DNA from: an uncultured Acidobacteriota bacterium | GTDB lineage: Bacteria > Acidobacteriota > Vicinamibacteria > Vicinamibacterales > UBA8438 | DNA: 64,000 nt | Assembly (NCBI GenBank): GCA_913043225.1 | Contig: CAJWLU010000014.1 | Span: 18,903-82,902, forward strand | Direction of reading: 5' to 3' | Part shown: positions 39,803 to 49,702 of the stretch, in pieces | How the letters are laid out: each line of letters starts with the position of its first letter | Numbering within the stretch: position 1 is the stretch's first letter | The notes under the pieces: model-generated | Told to the model about the DNA's origin: nothing | The model's input: only the letters and a program-made list of their open reading frames with translations | Database searches by the model: none | Program-made: the position numbers and the translations under genes

Positions 39803-41062
39803 CTAGGCGAACAGACGCAGCGGCTCGTAGTTACCCTTCAGAATTGCCGCGGAGTCCTTGTAGCCCAGCCACTGCTGGATCATGCTGGCGTAGACCCGCC
39901 GGAAGTCAGTCGTCATCTTCAAGTTGCCGTCATCCAGATCGGTGAGGCTGGGGTGCGCACCGTGGAGGCCACCCTCTACGCCGGACCCGATGACAAACAT
40001 CGGCGTGGCAGTGCCGTGGTCCGTACCCAGGCTGGCGTTCTCTTCAACGCGCCGGCCGAACTCGGTGAACATCATGATGGCTACGTCGTCCACCCGATTG
40101 AGCCGCTGCAGATCCTCGACGAACCCCCGAATCGCATCGGCCGTGTAAGCCAGCAGACGCGCATGTGGATCCGCCTGGTGGACGTGGGTGTCGAACGAGT
40201 TTCCGGCGTAACTGACGTAATAGAGACGGGTCGGCATCTCCGCCGCGATGAGCGCTGCCACGCGCCGGAGCTGCGGCGAGAGCCCGCCGATCCCATAGTC
40301 GACCGGGGTGCTGTAGGCTGCCGACGCCTCGCGCACGAAGGCTGAACTCTGCTCGGCGTTGCTGGCGGTGGCGGCAAGGAAGTCGAGAGTGGAATTACTG
40401 CCCGTGTTCACGGCCATGTCGTCCAGCGCCGACTTCTCACCGTCCGAGCCCTCGCGTCGGAAGCTACGCGGGTCGTTAAACACCAACGGCTGGTGGTGGC
40501 GGGCTCGCACCGCCAGCGACTGCCGGGTGCCGATGTTCACGATCATGTTGCCCTGCGCGTCATGGTCGTACACGCCATCGGCCACACGGCCGAGCCAGCC
40601 CAGCGGCTCTCCGCCGTTCGGGACGCCGGTATGCCAGAAGCCCATGGACGAGAAGTGGGACAGGCTTGGATTGTCGTAGCCGCAGCCATGCACCACGCCC
40701 ATCATGCCGTCCTTGTACAGGCGTTCGAACCCGACCATCGAGGGATGTAGGCCGTATCCGTCCTCGATCTTGATCGCCTCGTTCTCGCGGATACCTAGAT
40801 TTGGCCGCACCCGATAGTAGGTGTCGCTGCCATACGGCACGACCGTGTTGAGCCCGTCGTTACCACCAGACAGCTCAACCACCACGAGGATCCGCTCGGG
40901 ATGCGCCTCCATGCTGCTACCGGTCAGCGCCTGGGCCGTCAGTGCCTCTGTGGTACGGCTCATCAGCACCGGGAGACCGGCAGTGACGCCAATCCCGTAG
41001 AGTCCGCGTCGCAGAAACTCGCGCCTGGAACAGGCGCACGAATCGGAAGGACGGATGATCAT
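39803..41062 (-). CDS. DUF1501 family protein (Tat-exported)
   Basis: SRREFL, LSGGNDGLNTVVP, SHF, FDTH, EFGRRV.EN...GTDHG, TTDFRRVYA. Confidence 0.9.
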   Translation of the reverse strand: MIIRPSDSCACSRREFLRRGLYGIGVTAGLPVLMSRTTEALTAQALTGSSMEAHPERILVVVELSGGNDGLNTVVPYGSDTYYRVRPNLGIRENEAIKIEDGYGLHPSMVGFERLYKDGMMGVVHGCGYDNPSLSHFSSMGFWHTGVPNGGEPLGWLGRVADGVYDHDAQGNMIVNIGTRQSLAVRARHHQPLVFNDPRSFRREGSDGEKSALDDMAVNTGSNSTLDFLAATASNAEQSSAFVREASAAYSTPVDYGIGGLSPQLRRVAALIAAEMPTRLYYVSYAGNSFDTHVHQADPHARLLAYTADAIRGFVEDLQRLNRVDDVAIMMFTEFGRRVEENASLGTDHGTATPMFVIGSGVEGGLHGAHPSLTDLDDGNLKMTTDFRRVYASMIQQWLGYKDSAAILKGNYEPLRLFA

Positions 41063-41079
41063 GAGAGTCTCCTTGACGG

Positions 41080-42882
41080 CTACGCCACTTGATACTCAGG
41101 CGTGCTCAGCACCAAATACAGCAACGACCGCAATGCACCTTCGACCTGCGGGCTCGGGGCAGGGAGCCGGTCCGCACCTAACTCGCTGCGCAACCGGTCC
41201 ACCAGCACCTGACGGCCCGCTGGCGCCAGGGGCGCGCGAAGAAAACGACGCTGGTAGTAGTCGACGATCGACTCGACGGTCGTCGCACCAGCCTCGGTCA
41301 CCATAGCCGCAAGGTCCAGGTCGGCCGGGTGCCGGGGCACGAGCTTCAGCCGGTCGTAGGCCATGATGTAGCCCATGTAACCGCCGTAGCGTGTGTTGTA
41401 GTCCTCGTCCCGGTCAGCAATCATGCTCGACTCCGCGTCGCCCTGCTGGGTCGCGGCGGTGATGTTCAGCCCCTGCTGGAGCCGACGCTCCACCTGCGCG
41501 TAGATACCCGGGGTGGCCCGGTCGGGCGCCCAGAATCCGTCGGTGTCTGGGAAGAGCACGTTGCGGAAGAGGTTGCCGCGCTCAAGCAGCAACGCGGGCG
41601 TGATCCAGGTGCGGCCCCCAGCCCAGCCTGCGACGTTCGGCGGATTGAACAGCGTCTGTCCCAAGCCGGCGGTCAATCGGTTGAAGTCCGGGATGGTCGG
41701 CAGTCTTTCGAGACCCAGTTTTCGGTAGGTAGAAACGACCAGTTGCACCGGACTCTTGACCTGGGTAGCGTTGGACGCTGGGCTGTAGAAATCTCGGGAT
41801 AGCAAGATCTGACGGAGCAGTGGCTGTAGCTCGTAGTTCGCCTCCCGGAGCGTGTCCCCCAGCGCCTCGCGGATCACGTCGTCCAGATCTTCCCGCACCA
41901 GATAGCGATAGAGCTTGGCCGAGATGAACTCCGCCGTGACCGGGGTCTCGAGGACGATATCGATGATGTCCTCGCCGTTCAGGTTGTCTGTCCGACCCAG
42001 AAAGGTCTTCTCGCCATCGTCGTGGGTAGCGGCATCGAACTTAAACTCGATCGCGTCGTTCGTCCAGCCAGTGAACGCGCGTGACGCCTCCCGAATGTCC
42101 TGCTCGCTGTAGTTGCCCACGCCCATCGTGAACAGCTCGAGCAATTCGCGTCCGAAGTTCTCGTTCGGGTGCCCTTTGCGGTTCTCGCCGTTGTCCAGAT
42201 AGACCAGCATGGCGGGATCGGTGAGGATTCCGAGCAGCAAGTCACGAAAGTTCCCGGCAGCATTCGCCCGCAGCATCTCGTTCTGCTGATGCATCATGCG
42301 GGTATCGCGCACTTTCGTGTTGCCGGTGGCGAAGTGGCCATGCCAGAACAGCGTGAGCTTCTCCTCGAGCGGCCGGCGCGTGGTCAACATCCGCTCGCCG
42401 AACCAGATCGCCAGCCGCTGGGTCTCGATGGCGTTGGAGCGCAGCCCGTAGAAAAACTTGTTGACCACCGGCTGCAGCCGACGACTTTCACCCTCGGGGA
42501 GCACCGCCACGCCCATCGAAGAACCGCTTTCGCGAGCGATTCGCACCGCGTCGGCGCGGCTCTTGGGGAACGGATCCATCTCCGGATCCCAGATCGGAGA
42601 AGGGTCGAAAGCTGGGGTCAGGCTGTTGTCGACTGATTCGAAGTCGACCAACCAGGCCACCGCCGCCTTTGGGCTCATGGCTGCCAGGCGTTCAATCTCG
42701 TCTGGGGTCGCGCCGAATCCGGCGCGCTCGATGAGATGCGCCGCCTTGTCATAGTCCCACTCCGCGGCGGTGATGGGAGACAAGTCGTTGACCCAGTCCT
42801 CCGATCCAGCCCCCGCAGCCAGGACCCCAATGCCGGCCGCCACCGAAAGCACACACGCCGCGATCCAACCATTGATCTTCAT
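41080..42882 (-). CDS. DUF1800 family protein
   Basis: AAHLIERAGFG, EKLTLFWHGHFAT, PAMLVYLDN, PNENFGRELLELFTMG, PPNVAGW; usual partner of DUF1501. Confidence 0.9.
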   Translation of the reverse strand: MKINGWIAACVLSVAAGIGVLAAGAGSEDWVNDLSPITAAEWDYDKAAHLIERAGFGATPDEIERLAAMSPKAAVAWLVDFESVDNSLTPAFDPSPIWDPEMDPFPKSRADAVRIARESGSSMGVAVLPEGESRRLQPVVNKFFYGLRSNAIETQRLAIWFGERMLTTRRPLEEKLTLFWHGHFATGNTKVRDTRMMHQQNEMLRANAAGNFRDLLLGILTDPAMLVYLDNGENRKGHPNENFGRELLELFTMGVGNYSEQDIREASRAFTGWTNDAIEFKFDAATHDDGEKTFLGRTDNLNGEDIIDIVLETPVTAEFISAKLYRYLVREDLDDVIREALGDTLREANYELQPLLRQILLSRDFYSPASNATQVKSPVQLVVSTYRKLGLERLPTIPDFNRLTAGLGQTLFNPPNVAGWAGGRTWITPALLLERGNLFRNVLFPDTDGFWAPDRATPGIYAQVERRLQQGLNITAATQQGDAESSMIADRDEDYNTRYGGYMGYIMAYDRLKLVPRHPADLDLAAMVTEAGATTVESIVDYYQRRFLRAPLAPAGRQVLVDRLRSELGADRLPAPSPQVEGALRSLLYLVLSTPEYQVA

Positions 42883-42977
42883 CGGTCGCTCTCCGAAAAA
42901 CGGCCCCGTTCCAGGCTACGGATGATACGGCACGAGGGTCCAGGGCACCAGCGAGCGGTAGGACCGTACACGCCCAG

Positions 42978-43343
42978 CTACTCGGCGTCGCGATGGACGG
43001 TGTCCGGCGAAAACGCGGGGAGACAGACGGCGACATACTCCGCCCCTTCAGGTTCCGGGCTACTGTATCGGATCCACTCACCCGGGACCGCCACGACGGC
43101 CTGGCCCTCGCGCACGTCGAGTGCGCCGTGTTCGTACTCGACCCGGAGCATCCCCCGGGTCACCACGGTGATCTCCTCGAACTCCGGCCGCTGACCCGGT
43201 TCAACCCAGCCGGGGGGCGACACCATGCGTGCCACACTGACCTCTCCGTGGCCGGTGTTGACCCGCCCGGCGTACTCCTCGATCCGTTTCGGCAGATTGC
43301 CGGCGGCCTCGATCACGCTAGGGCATTCAATCAACCGAGGCAT
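42978..43343 (-). CDS. Cupin domain protein (EutQ-like)
   Basis: MPRLIECPSVIEAAGNLPKRIEEYAGRVN, WVEPGQRPEFEE, CLPAFSPDTVHRD; TGATG overlap with dusB. Confidence 0.85.
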   Translation of the reverse strand: MPRLIECPSVIEAAGNLPKRIEEYAGRVNTGHGEVSVARMVSPPGWVEPGQRPEFEEITVVTRGMLRVEYEHGALDVREGQAVVAVPGEWIRYSSPEPEGAEYVAVCLPAFSPDTVHRDAE

Positions 43344-44470
43344 CACACCAGGACCGCAGAACCGGTCCGGCCGGGAGCATCCTCCTCGATCGTGGCCATC
43401 CCGCTGCCATCGTCGCTCAGATCGAAGTGGTAGCGGATGATCGTACGGAGTTCGTCGAGCGAACTGGCCTGGTTGATCGCGACCCGCAGCTTTGACCCGT
43501 TGTGGACACCCTTGGTGTACCAGGAACCGAGGGCTCGCAGCTTGTTGATTACCCAGCGCTCGCGGGTAACAGCGGTGCGTGGTCGGCGTCCACGAGAACT
43601 GGCACGTACGGCCGAGTGGCGGAAGCCCTCCGCCTCGTTGGTTCCCTCGCGAAGTAGGAGATCGATGTAGACCAGCAGGAACCGGCCCCGATCGTAGGCG
43701 GGAGCCGGACCGGTCCCCATTCCCGCCTCCAAGCGCTGGGCCTGCTCGAAGATCCAAGGGTTGCGGAGCGCGCCGCGGCCCACGAGGACCCCGGCCACGG
43801 CGGTCTCGTCGAAACGCTCGACCAGATCCTCGGGCGAGACACAGTCGCCACTCCCAAAGACCGGAATCCCAACATCACGGGCCACGCGATCAATCAGGCC
43901 CCAGTCCGACTGGCCTGTATACGACTGCGCTGCGGTACGTCCGTGCACGGCCACCGCGGAGGCGCCGGCATCTTCCATCAGCCGGGCTACACGGGGCGCA
44001 TTGACGTGGTCATCGTCCCAGCCCGCCCGCATCTTGACCGTGACCGGAATCTTCACCGCATCGGCCATGGCGCGCACCACGCCCGCGGCATGCTCGGGGG
44101 TCCGCATCAAGCTACAACCCGCGTGGTGCTTGGCAATCTTGGGCACCGGGCAGCCCATGTTCACGTCGACAATGTCGGCGCCTAGCTTCTCCACGATCTG
44201 CGCCGCCTGGGCCATCTTGTCCGGGTCGCCACCGAAGATCTGGATCGACACCGGCCGCTCTTCCTCAGTGAACTCGGCATACTCGAGGGTGCGATCGATG
44301 CCGCGCACCAGGCCCTCGGAGCTAACCATTTCGGTGACCACTAGCCCACAGCCTCCCCGCCGCTTCACCAACCGGCGAAACGCGGTGTCAGTCATGCCCG
44401 CCATAGGCGCCAGAGCAAACGGCGAATCGAGCGTGATCGACCCGATCTTCGGCGCAGCCTTCCTGGTCAT
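43343..44470 (-). CDS. dusB: tRNA-dihydrouridine synthase DusB
   Basis: LAPMAGMTD, QIFG, DVNMGCP, VTVKMR, VHGRT, GRGALRNPW. Confidence 0.9.
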   Translation of the reverse strand: MTRKAAPKIGSITLDSPFALAPMAGMTDTAFRRLVKRRGGCGLVVTEMVSSEGLVRGIDRTLEYAEFTEEERPVSIQIFGGDPDKMAQAAQIVEKLGADIVDVNMGCPVPKIAKHHAGCSLMRTPEHAAGVVRAMADAVKIPVTVKMRAGWDDDHVNAPRVARLMEDAGASAVAVHGRTAAQSYTGQSDWGLIDRVARDVGIPVFGSGDCVSPEDLVERFDETAVAGVLVGRGALRNPWIFEQAQRLEAGMGTGPAPAYDRGRFLLVYIDLLLREGTNEAEGFRHSAVRASSRGRRPRTAVTRERWVINKLRALGSWYTKGVHNGSKLRVAINQASSLDELRTIIRYHFDLSDDGSGMATIEEDAPGRTGSAVLV

Positions 44471-44473
44471 CTC

Positions 44474-45019
44474 TTAGTAAGCCTTAACGTCGGCAGCGTC
44501 GACCTCGACCGATACCGCCTGCCCGATCAGGTCGACCGACAGCACGAGGCGCGCATGCGTGCCTTTTCGTACCAGCCGCCCCACCACCCCCCGCAGCGGT
44601 CCGTGCACCACTTCGACCATCATCCCCTCACGAATGAGCGGGCAAGGGTCGTAAAGCAGATCTGTGTCCACCAGCCGCCGGATGCCGTTGATCTCGTGGG
44701 CCGCGATCGCCGCCGGCTCACCATCGAAGGACACGATGCTGACCACGCCCGTGCAGCGGAGGATGCCACGCCGATGCTCAGCGTCGAAACGTGCGAAGCA
44801 GTAGCCTGGGAACAGTGGCCACGCGATCTTCTTGCGCCGGTCCTTCCAGCGGCTCCACCGGGTGATGGTGGGCAGGAATACCTCAACCTGCTTGCGTTCC
44901 AGCTGATCGCGAACCACCTGTTCGTGGCGGGAGCGGGTCCAGATGGCATACCACGGATCATCGGTCCGCTCCTCGGTGGCAGCCAGACCTGCCGGCCCAT
45001 CGTGAGACGCCGTGTCCAT
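44474..45019 (-). CDS. NusG paralog, UpxY/RfaH-type transcription antiterminator
   Basis: WYAIWTRSRHEQ, FLP....RWKDRRKKI..PLFPGYCF, KOW GPLRGVVG. Confidence 0.9.
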   Translation of the reverse strand: MDTASHDGPAGLAATEERTDDPWYAIWTRSRHEQVVRDQLERKQVEVFLPTITRWSRWKDRRKKIAWPLFPGYCFARFDAEHRRGILRCTGVVSIVSFDGEPAAIAAHEINGIRRLVDTDLLYDPCPLIREGMMVEVVHGPLRGVVGRLVRKGTHARLVLSVDLIGQAVSVEVDAADVKAY

Positions 45020-45029
45020 GCCGAACTGA

Positions 45030-46115
45030 CTAGTCGCCCCGACGGGCCGCAGCGCGCGACCTGATCTGGGCTTCGTAGATGCCCTGCAGGTCCTCGTCGA
45101 CCCACTCGATGATGGCATCGTCCCGCAAGGTCCCCAGATATCGATCCAGCGCTTCGAGCCGGCGCTCGTCGAAGACGTTCTCCATGATGCTGTTGCGAAC
45201 GTCGTCATAGGGCTGGGGAGCGGCGGCGGTCTCGTCGGCGAACTGCAGAATCTGGTACCCGGCCGGGGTCCGTTCGATCTCGCCGACGGCGCCGACCTCC
45301 ATCGTCTCGAGCCGGTCGAGGATCACTTGGCTCAGATCCGAGTTAACGATCGGCCCCAGCAGCCCACCGTTGTCCTTCGACACAGCATCGGACATCTCGC
45401 GCGCTACATCGGCGAAATCTTCACCACCCAGCACCCTGGCGCGGGCCTGCTCGGCTCGCGTCAGCGCAGCCTGATCCTGGGCCTGGGCCAGCGCACCGGT
45501 CCCGTCTGCCGCGGCGATGAGGATCTCGCGCAGCGTCACGGTGGCCGGCTGCATAAACTCATCGAGGTTATCGTCGTAGTAGACGCGCGCCTCGGTGTCG
45601 GTCATCGAGATTTTGTTCAGAATTTCAATTTGCTGGACCTGGCCGACCATCATCTGGTCCTCAACCGCCTGGCGGAACTCGAGCATCGTCATCTGCTGGT
45701 CCTGAATAATGGCGCTCTCCAGCTGTTCGTCGTTGAGCCCGTTGTCGTCCTTGATGCCGGTCAGGATCTCTTGGAACTGCTCGTCGCTAAGGCTAAACCC
45801 GTAGTCGCGGCCGCGCTGCACCATAAGAGCGGTATCAACCGCCTCGGCCAGAACGTCAGGGGTAATCTCCGCGATGATCGCTCGAAGCTCGGCGTCGGTC
45901 TGGGCTATGACGTTGCGCGTACGCAGCTCGGTGATTTGGGCATCTTCGAGGTCCGTCTGGGTGAACGGATCACCGTTGATCTTGACGATGATCCGCTCAA
46001 ATACCTGGGCCCCCGGCCGTCCCGATTTCAGCCCCTGGGCGTCGGCAATCCCAGAGAAGAGCGCCGCTACCGCCAGTGTCGCGAGACTGTGTCTCAACGC
46101 GTTGCTCATCTGCAT
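45030..46115 (-). CDS. SurA/PrsA-like parvulin peptidyl-prolyl isomerase
   Basis: Signal peptide, ERIIVKING, FADVAREMSD...NGGLLG, RTPAGYQIL. Confidence 0.88.
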   Translation of the reverse strand: MQMSNALRHSLATLAVAALFSGIADAQGLKSGRPGAQVFERIIVKINGDPFTQTDLEDAQITELRTRNVIAQTDAELRAIIAEITPDVLAEAVDTALMVQRGRDYGFSLSDEQFQEILTGIKDDNGLNDEQLESAIIQDQQMTMLEFRQAVEDQMMVGQVQQIEILNKISMTDTEARVYYDDNLDEFMQPATVTLREILIAAADGTGALAQAQDQAALTRAEQARARVLGGEDFADVAREMSDAVSKDNGGLLGPIVNSDLSQVILDRLETMEVGAVGEIERTPAGYQILQFADETAAAPQPYDDVRNSIMENVFDERRLEALDRYLGTLRDDAIIEWVDEDLQGIYEAQIRSRAAARRGD

Positions 46116-46182
46116 TTCCTCGTCCTAGATTGTACCCCGTACAAACGCCGTAGCCCGGCTAACGGTCGACCTCCGCGGCCTG

Positions 46183-49100
46183 CTAGCCGTCGACGCGAAG
46201 GGTTCCCAATTCGACCAGCATATCGCTGATACGACCGAACAGATCATCGGTTTGCTGGCCACGGCGGGCCTCCCGCTGATAGTCGGTGCGTGAGAAGCCA
46301 GCACGCACGTCTGCGCTCCGCGCTCGATCCGTCCACCACGACAGGTTTCCGGCGCTACGTAGGGTGTCGCCGGGGGCGCGCAGATCGACAAACAGGGTGG
46401 CCGGGGGCTTCAGTCGAAGGTCTCCACGTCGCTCGACGAAGCGGACCAGCCGCACCGGATCCACCGGGGTGGTATCCCGGAACTTCAGCACAACCTGCTG
46501 GCTATCCCGGTCCATGGTCTCGACCCCGAGCTCATCGGCCAGGACACGCAGCCGGCCATACTCCACGAGCGTCGCCACAGTTGGGGGTATCGGTCCATAT
46601 CGGTCATGCAGCTCATCGAGGAGGCCGGACAACGACGCTTCGTCGCGGGCCGCCGCGACGCGGCGGTAGATGGTGAGCCGCTGGTTCGTGTCCGGGATAT
46701 ATCGCTGGTCGATCTTGACGTCAACGTCGAGGTTGACCGTCGCACGGACCTCCTCCTCCTCGATCTCCTCGCCCTTGAGCTCCCGCACCGTCTGCTCGAG
46801 CAGCTTGACATAGAGGTCGAACCCGACCGACTCGATGTGCCCGCTCTGCTCGCCACCCAGGAGGTTACCTGCGCCGCGGATCTCAAGGTCGAGCGCGGCG
46901 ACGCGGAAGCCGCTCCCAAGATCGCTGAACTCACGGATGGCCGACAGCCGCTGCCTGGCCACCGGCGAGAGGGAGCCCTCGGGGGGCACCAGCAGATAGG
47001 CATACGCTCGCCGATCGGAACGTCCCACCCGGCCGCGAAGCTGGTAGAGCTGAGCCAGGCCGAACCCCTCCGCGTGATTGATGATGATCGTGTTGGCGTT
47101 AGGAATGTCTAGACCGTTCTCGATGATTGTCGTTGCCAGCAGGACATCGTATTCGTGCTGGACGAAGTCGATCATGCAACGTTCGAGCTGGCCCTCGGCC
47201 ATCTGCCCGTGGGCCACAGCGATACGAGCCTCCGGCAGCATACGGGTCAAGATCTCGCCCATAGCGTAGATCGACGTCACCCGGCTGTGGAGGAAGTAGA
47301 CTTGGCCGCCCCGCTCGAGCTCGGTCCGGATGGCCCGAGCGATCGTCTGATGGTCGAAGCGCACCACGTTGGTCTGGATCGACTGACGATCCTTGGGAGG
47401 CGTCTCGATCACGGACATGTCCCGGATCCCCACCAGCGACATGTTGAGGGTGCGGGGGAGCGGCGTGGCGGTCATGGTCAGCACGTCAACCCGGCGGCGC
47501 AACTGCTTGATCCGCTCCTTGTGCGCGACGCCGAAGCGCTGTTCCTCGTCAACCACCAGTAGCCCAAGGTCCCGAAACACGACATCCTTGGACAGAAGCC
47601 GGTGCGTGCCCACGATGATGTCGAGCTTGCCGTCGGCCAGCTGCAACAAGGTTTCCTTCTGCTCGGCCCGAGTCCGAAAGCGGCTGACGAGATCGATGCG
47701 CACCGGGAAGGCGGCAAACCGGTCGACTAGGGTCTTGTAGTGCTGGAATGCCAAAACCGTGGTGGGGGCCAGCACCCCCACCTGCTTGCCGTCCATGACC
47801 GTCTTGAAGGCGGCTCGCATGGCCACCTCGGTCTTCCCATACCCCACGTCACCACATAGCAGCCGGTCCATCGGCGTGGACGCTTCCATATCCTGCCGAA
47901 TGTCACGGATGGCCTTGGTCTGGTCCGCGGTCAGCTCATACGCGAACGCGTCGTCGAACTCGCGGTGCCAGTGGGTGTCGGCGCTGAACGCATGACCGGG
48001 CACGGCTTTCCTGGCCGCGTAGAGCTTGAGCAACTCCTCGGCCATATCCCGCATCGCCTTGCGGACGCGAGTCTTGGTCTTGCTCCAGCTGGTCCCACCC
48101 AGCTTGTCCAGCGAAGCACGAGTGGAGCCGGTGTACTTCTGCAGCTGGTCGAGCTGCTGAACCGGGACAAAGAGCTTATCCTCACTGGCGTAGCGTAGCT
48201 CCATGAATTCGTGCTGTTCGAGACCCACCGGGATCTGCCGGAGCCCGACGAACCGCCCCACCCCATGCTCGACGTGCACGACGCGATCGCCAACTTTCAG
48301 ATCTCGGAAGTCGGAGAGAAACGAGCGGACTGGCTTGGCCACCGGCGCGCGGGCCCGCCGCTCCTCGTCGAAGACGTCTGGCTCGCTGAAGACGAGCAAT
48401 CCGGCATCGGGCAGACGGAAACCGCGGGTCAACCGGCCCGTGACCACGAGCAGCGCCGCGCCATGGGTCCCCTCGGTCTCGTCCACCGGCAGAGCGGTCA
48501 GGTCGTAATCGGCGAGCAACTCGATGACCCGCTCGGCCCGGCCTGGCGTGGCGGCCACAAACAGCGCCTGCTCCTCCCGCTCCCGGGCCCGGCGGATCTC
48601 GGTCACCCAGTCGGCGAGACGCCCGTGGAACGCGACGACCGGCTGGCACCCGACGTGGCGGACGGCCGTTGCCGGCGTGGCATCCTCCCAGAGCTGTTCC
48701 ATGCGCTCAGCTGCCGCGATCCAGGGCTTGAGCTCGTCCGCCTCAACGAGTAGCGCCGCCGGAGGAGCGACGACCTCGCCGCGAGCCCCTGCATCGGCGA
48801 AACCGTTCTCGGCCTGTTCGAAGCGGCGGTCGATGGTCTGCCGGACGTCGTCCCTCTCTGTCACATAGACCCGCGTGGCACCGACCTGCAGGTAGTCGGC
48901 CAACCAAGCACTTCGGTCCAGATGGTCCGGATCGCCGGCGGAGGTGTCGTCCTCGAAGAGCTCGCGCAACGGGACAATATCGATCCGGTCGAGGACCTGG
49001 ACCGAACGCTGGGTGGACGGGTCGAACCGTCGGATCGACTCCAGGCTGTCGCCGGCGAACTCGGCGCGCACCGGGATTTCGGCTCCCGCGGGAAAGAAGT

Positions 49101-49659
49101 CGACCACGCCGCCACGGACGCAAAACTCGCCATGCGCATCAACCGGATCGGCTGGCAGGAACCCGGCGTCGGCCAGCAAATCCCCGAACGCAGTCGGATC
49201 GAGCAGTACCCCCTCGGAGAGCCGCACGCTCGCAGCGCGCAGACGCTCCGGGGGGCTGACCCGGGGGAGCAGCGCAGATGCGGCGGCGATCACCACCCGG
49301 ACCGTACCGGTTGCAAGCCCGTAGAGCGCCCGCGCTCGCGCGGCCGCGACATCAAAGTGCGGAGCCAAACCGCGGTACGGATCGACTTCGTGTGACGGAT
49401 AGGGCAACACCGCCGCCGCGGCGTCGTGAGACGGAAGGGCATCGAGCGCCGCGAGAAAGAATCGGGTGTCGGTGACCAACTGCTCCACGTCGCGGTCTCC
49501 CGGCACCACGACGAGAACTGGTGACTCACCGGCCGCCACCGCGGCCGCGAACCCACGCGCCGACGGCGACAATCCAGCCAAGCTGCCGGACGGGCCGAGC
49601 CCGGCTCGCGCCGCGGCCATCTTCAGCGCCGCCTGCAGGGTCAGAGAGGTCCCAGTCAC
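46183..49659 (-). CDS. mfd: Transcription-repair coupling factor Mfd
   Basis: GDRVVHVEHGVG, MDRLLCGDVGYGKTEVA, DEEQRFGV, TATP, QLRGRVGRS, DLEIRGAGNLLG. Confidence 0.97.
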   Translation of the reverse strand: MTGTSLTLQAALKMAAARAGLGPSGSLAGLSPSARGFAAAVAAGESPVLVVVPGDRDVEQLVTDTRFFLAALDALPSHDAAAAVLPYPSHEVDPYRGLAPHFDVAAARARALYGLATGTVRVVIAAASALLPRVSPPERLRAASVRLSEGVLLDPTAFGDLLADAGFLPADPVDAHGEFCVRGGVVDFFPAGAEIPVRAEFAGDSLESIRRFDPSTQRSVQVLDRIDIVPLRELFEDDTSAGDPDHLDRSAWLADYLQVGATRVYVTERDDVRQTIDRRFEQAENGFADAGARGEVVAPPAALLVEADELKPWIAAAERMEQLWEDATPATAVRHVGCQPVVAFHGRLADWVTEIRRAREREEQALFVAATPGRAERVIELLADYDLTALPVDETEGTHGAALLVVTGRLTRGFRLPDAGLLVFSEPDVFDEERRARAPVAKPVRSFLSDFRDLKVGDRVVHVEHGVGRFVGLRQIPVGLEQHEFMELRYASEDKLFVPVQQLDQLQKYTGSTRASLDKLGGTSWSKTKTRVRKAMRDMAEELLKLYAARKAVPGHAFSADTHWHREFDDAFAYELTADQTKAIRDIRQDMEASTPMDRLLCGDVGYGKTEVAMRAAFKTVMDGKQVGVLAPTTVLAFQHYKTLVDRFAAFPVRIDLVSRFRTRAEQKETLLQLADGKLDIIVGTHRLLSKDVVFRDLGLLVVDEEQRFGVAHKERIKQLRRRVDVLTMTATPLPRTLNMSLVGIRDMSVIETPPKDRQSIQTNVVRFDHQTIARAIRTELERGGQVYFLHSRVTSIYAMGEILTRMLPEARIAVAHGQMAEGQLERCMIDFVQHEYDVLLATTIIENGLDIPNANTIIINHAEGFGLAQLYQLRGRVGRSDRRAYAYLLVPPEGSLSPVARQRLSAIREFSDLGSGFRVAALDLEIRGAGNLLGGEQSGHIESVGFDLYVKLLEQTVRELKGEEIEEEEVRATVNLDVDVKIDQRYIPDTNQRLTIYRRVAAARDEASLSGLLDELHDRYGPIPPTVATLVEYGRLRVLADELGVETMDRDSQQVVLKFRDTTPVDPVRLVRFVERRGDLRLKPPATLFVDLRAPGDTLRSAGNLSWWTDRARSADVRAGFSRTDYQREARRGQQTDDLFGRISDMLVELGTLRVDG

Positions 49660-49702
49660 GGGTCGTGTCTACCTGAGCGGTCGTCCACCCGGACCGGCGA
49701 TT

